This document shows positions 55,175 to 55,464 of a stretch of 55,464 nt of DNA, piece by piece. The position numbers and the translations under genes are program-made. Origin of the DNA: Gammaproteobacteria bacterium (GTDB lineage: Bacteria > Pseudomonadota > Gammaproteobacteria > JAHELT01); assembly GCA_029861595.1 (NCBI GenBank), contig JAOTYY010000001.1:1-55464 (forward strand), read 5' to 3'. How positions within the stretch are numbered: the first letter of the stretch is position 1; each line of letters starts with the position of its first letter. Below the pieces are notes generated by a model, which worked only from the letters and a program-made list of their open reading frames with translations, searched no databases and was not told where the DNA came from.

Positions 55175-55464
55175 ACTGATCCTTTGAGCCTGCGTTGGCT
55201 GGTGTTTTGTCCCAGATTCAGCAACCGGCACATTGGTTACACGTCGGTGTCGATGTGCCTGGGCATTTAATTATCTTCGGCTACGGAATACCACGGGTAT
55301 CGACACAGTTATTCGCACGAGAAGTACTGGGCGACGATGACGTGTTTGATGCCACCGACGGATCTGCCACCGGTATCTGCACCGAAGATAACCGGCCGCG
55401 GCAGTTACATCGCGCGTGGACAACACAAAAAGACAGACTGCAAGGTGTATCAAGCATTGCTCGA

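Noticed and set aside
1-55464. Search for CRISPR arrays, rRNA/tRNA genes, IS transposases, integrases, reverse transcriptases (retron/DGR) and toxin-antitoxin pairs
   Set aside because: Reading by eye, I saw no regularly spaced direct repeats of 24-40 bp, no cloverleaf-compatible segments, and no ORF with DDE/tyrosine-recombinase/RT motifs. A covariance-model and HMM scan would be needed to exclude small RNAs.

Overview
This is a GC-rich, proteobacterial-type chromosomal segment with about 48 protein-coding genes. Reading by eye, I found no rRNA, tRNA, CRISPR array, integrase or transposase. All family calls come from motifs I recognise in the translated ORFs; no database search was possible.

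Layout:
- 1-6.2 kb: an acyl/aromatic-acid catabolic set (ThDP decarboxylase-like fragment, HIBADH-like dehydrogenase, AMP-ligase, FadB-like fusion) plus bcp.
- 6.5-16.2 kb: a fasciclin-domain protein, then two back-to-back efflux machines. One is an RND permease with adaptor. The other is a MacA-like adaptor, an ABC ATPase and two FtsX permeases, with a 165-bp MITE-like insert between the permeases.
- 16.3-24.7 kb: housekeeping genes (alaA-like aminotransferase, 2-TM channel with a non-canonical filter, cupin, ppc, cfa, methyltransferase, CBS protein).
- 24.9-28.7 kb: a succinate dehydrogenase/fumarate reductase operon in the unusual order small ORF-A-C-D-B, behind a perfect FNR box.
- 28.9-31.9 kb: mtgA, RidA and two LLM oxidoreductases.
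- 32-55 kb: a more accessory, partly decayed region. It holds three orphan genes (membrane protein, transglutaminase-fold protein, lower-GC HKD nuclease-like gene), DUF302, a PEP-mutase family protein, and a PA14 protein with a coupled 47-codon upstream ORF. Next come an RRM protein with RhlE and a frameshifted methyltransferase remnant. An AT-rich FkbM/O-antigen-ligase islet, TerB, a GDPD lipoprotein and a penicillin-acylase family gene follow, bracketed by a three-copy repeat. The region ends with more gene remnants and an antiporter-DUF5996-like-Rieske::ThDP-enzyme operon.

Best candidates for something undescribed:
- the orphan trio at 32.0-35.6 kb;
- the Rieske-ThDP fusion operon at 51.0-55.2 kb;
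- the FNR-boxed A-C-D-B succinate/fumarate oxidoreductase operon with its leader ORF.

None of these can be confirmed without homology or structure searches.
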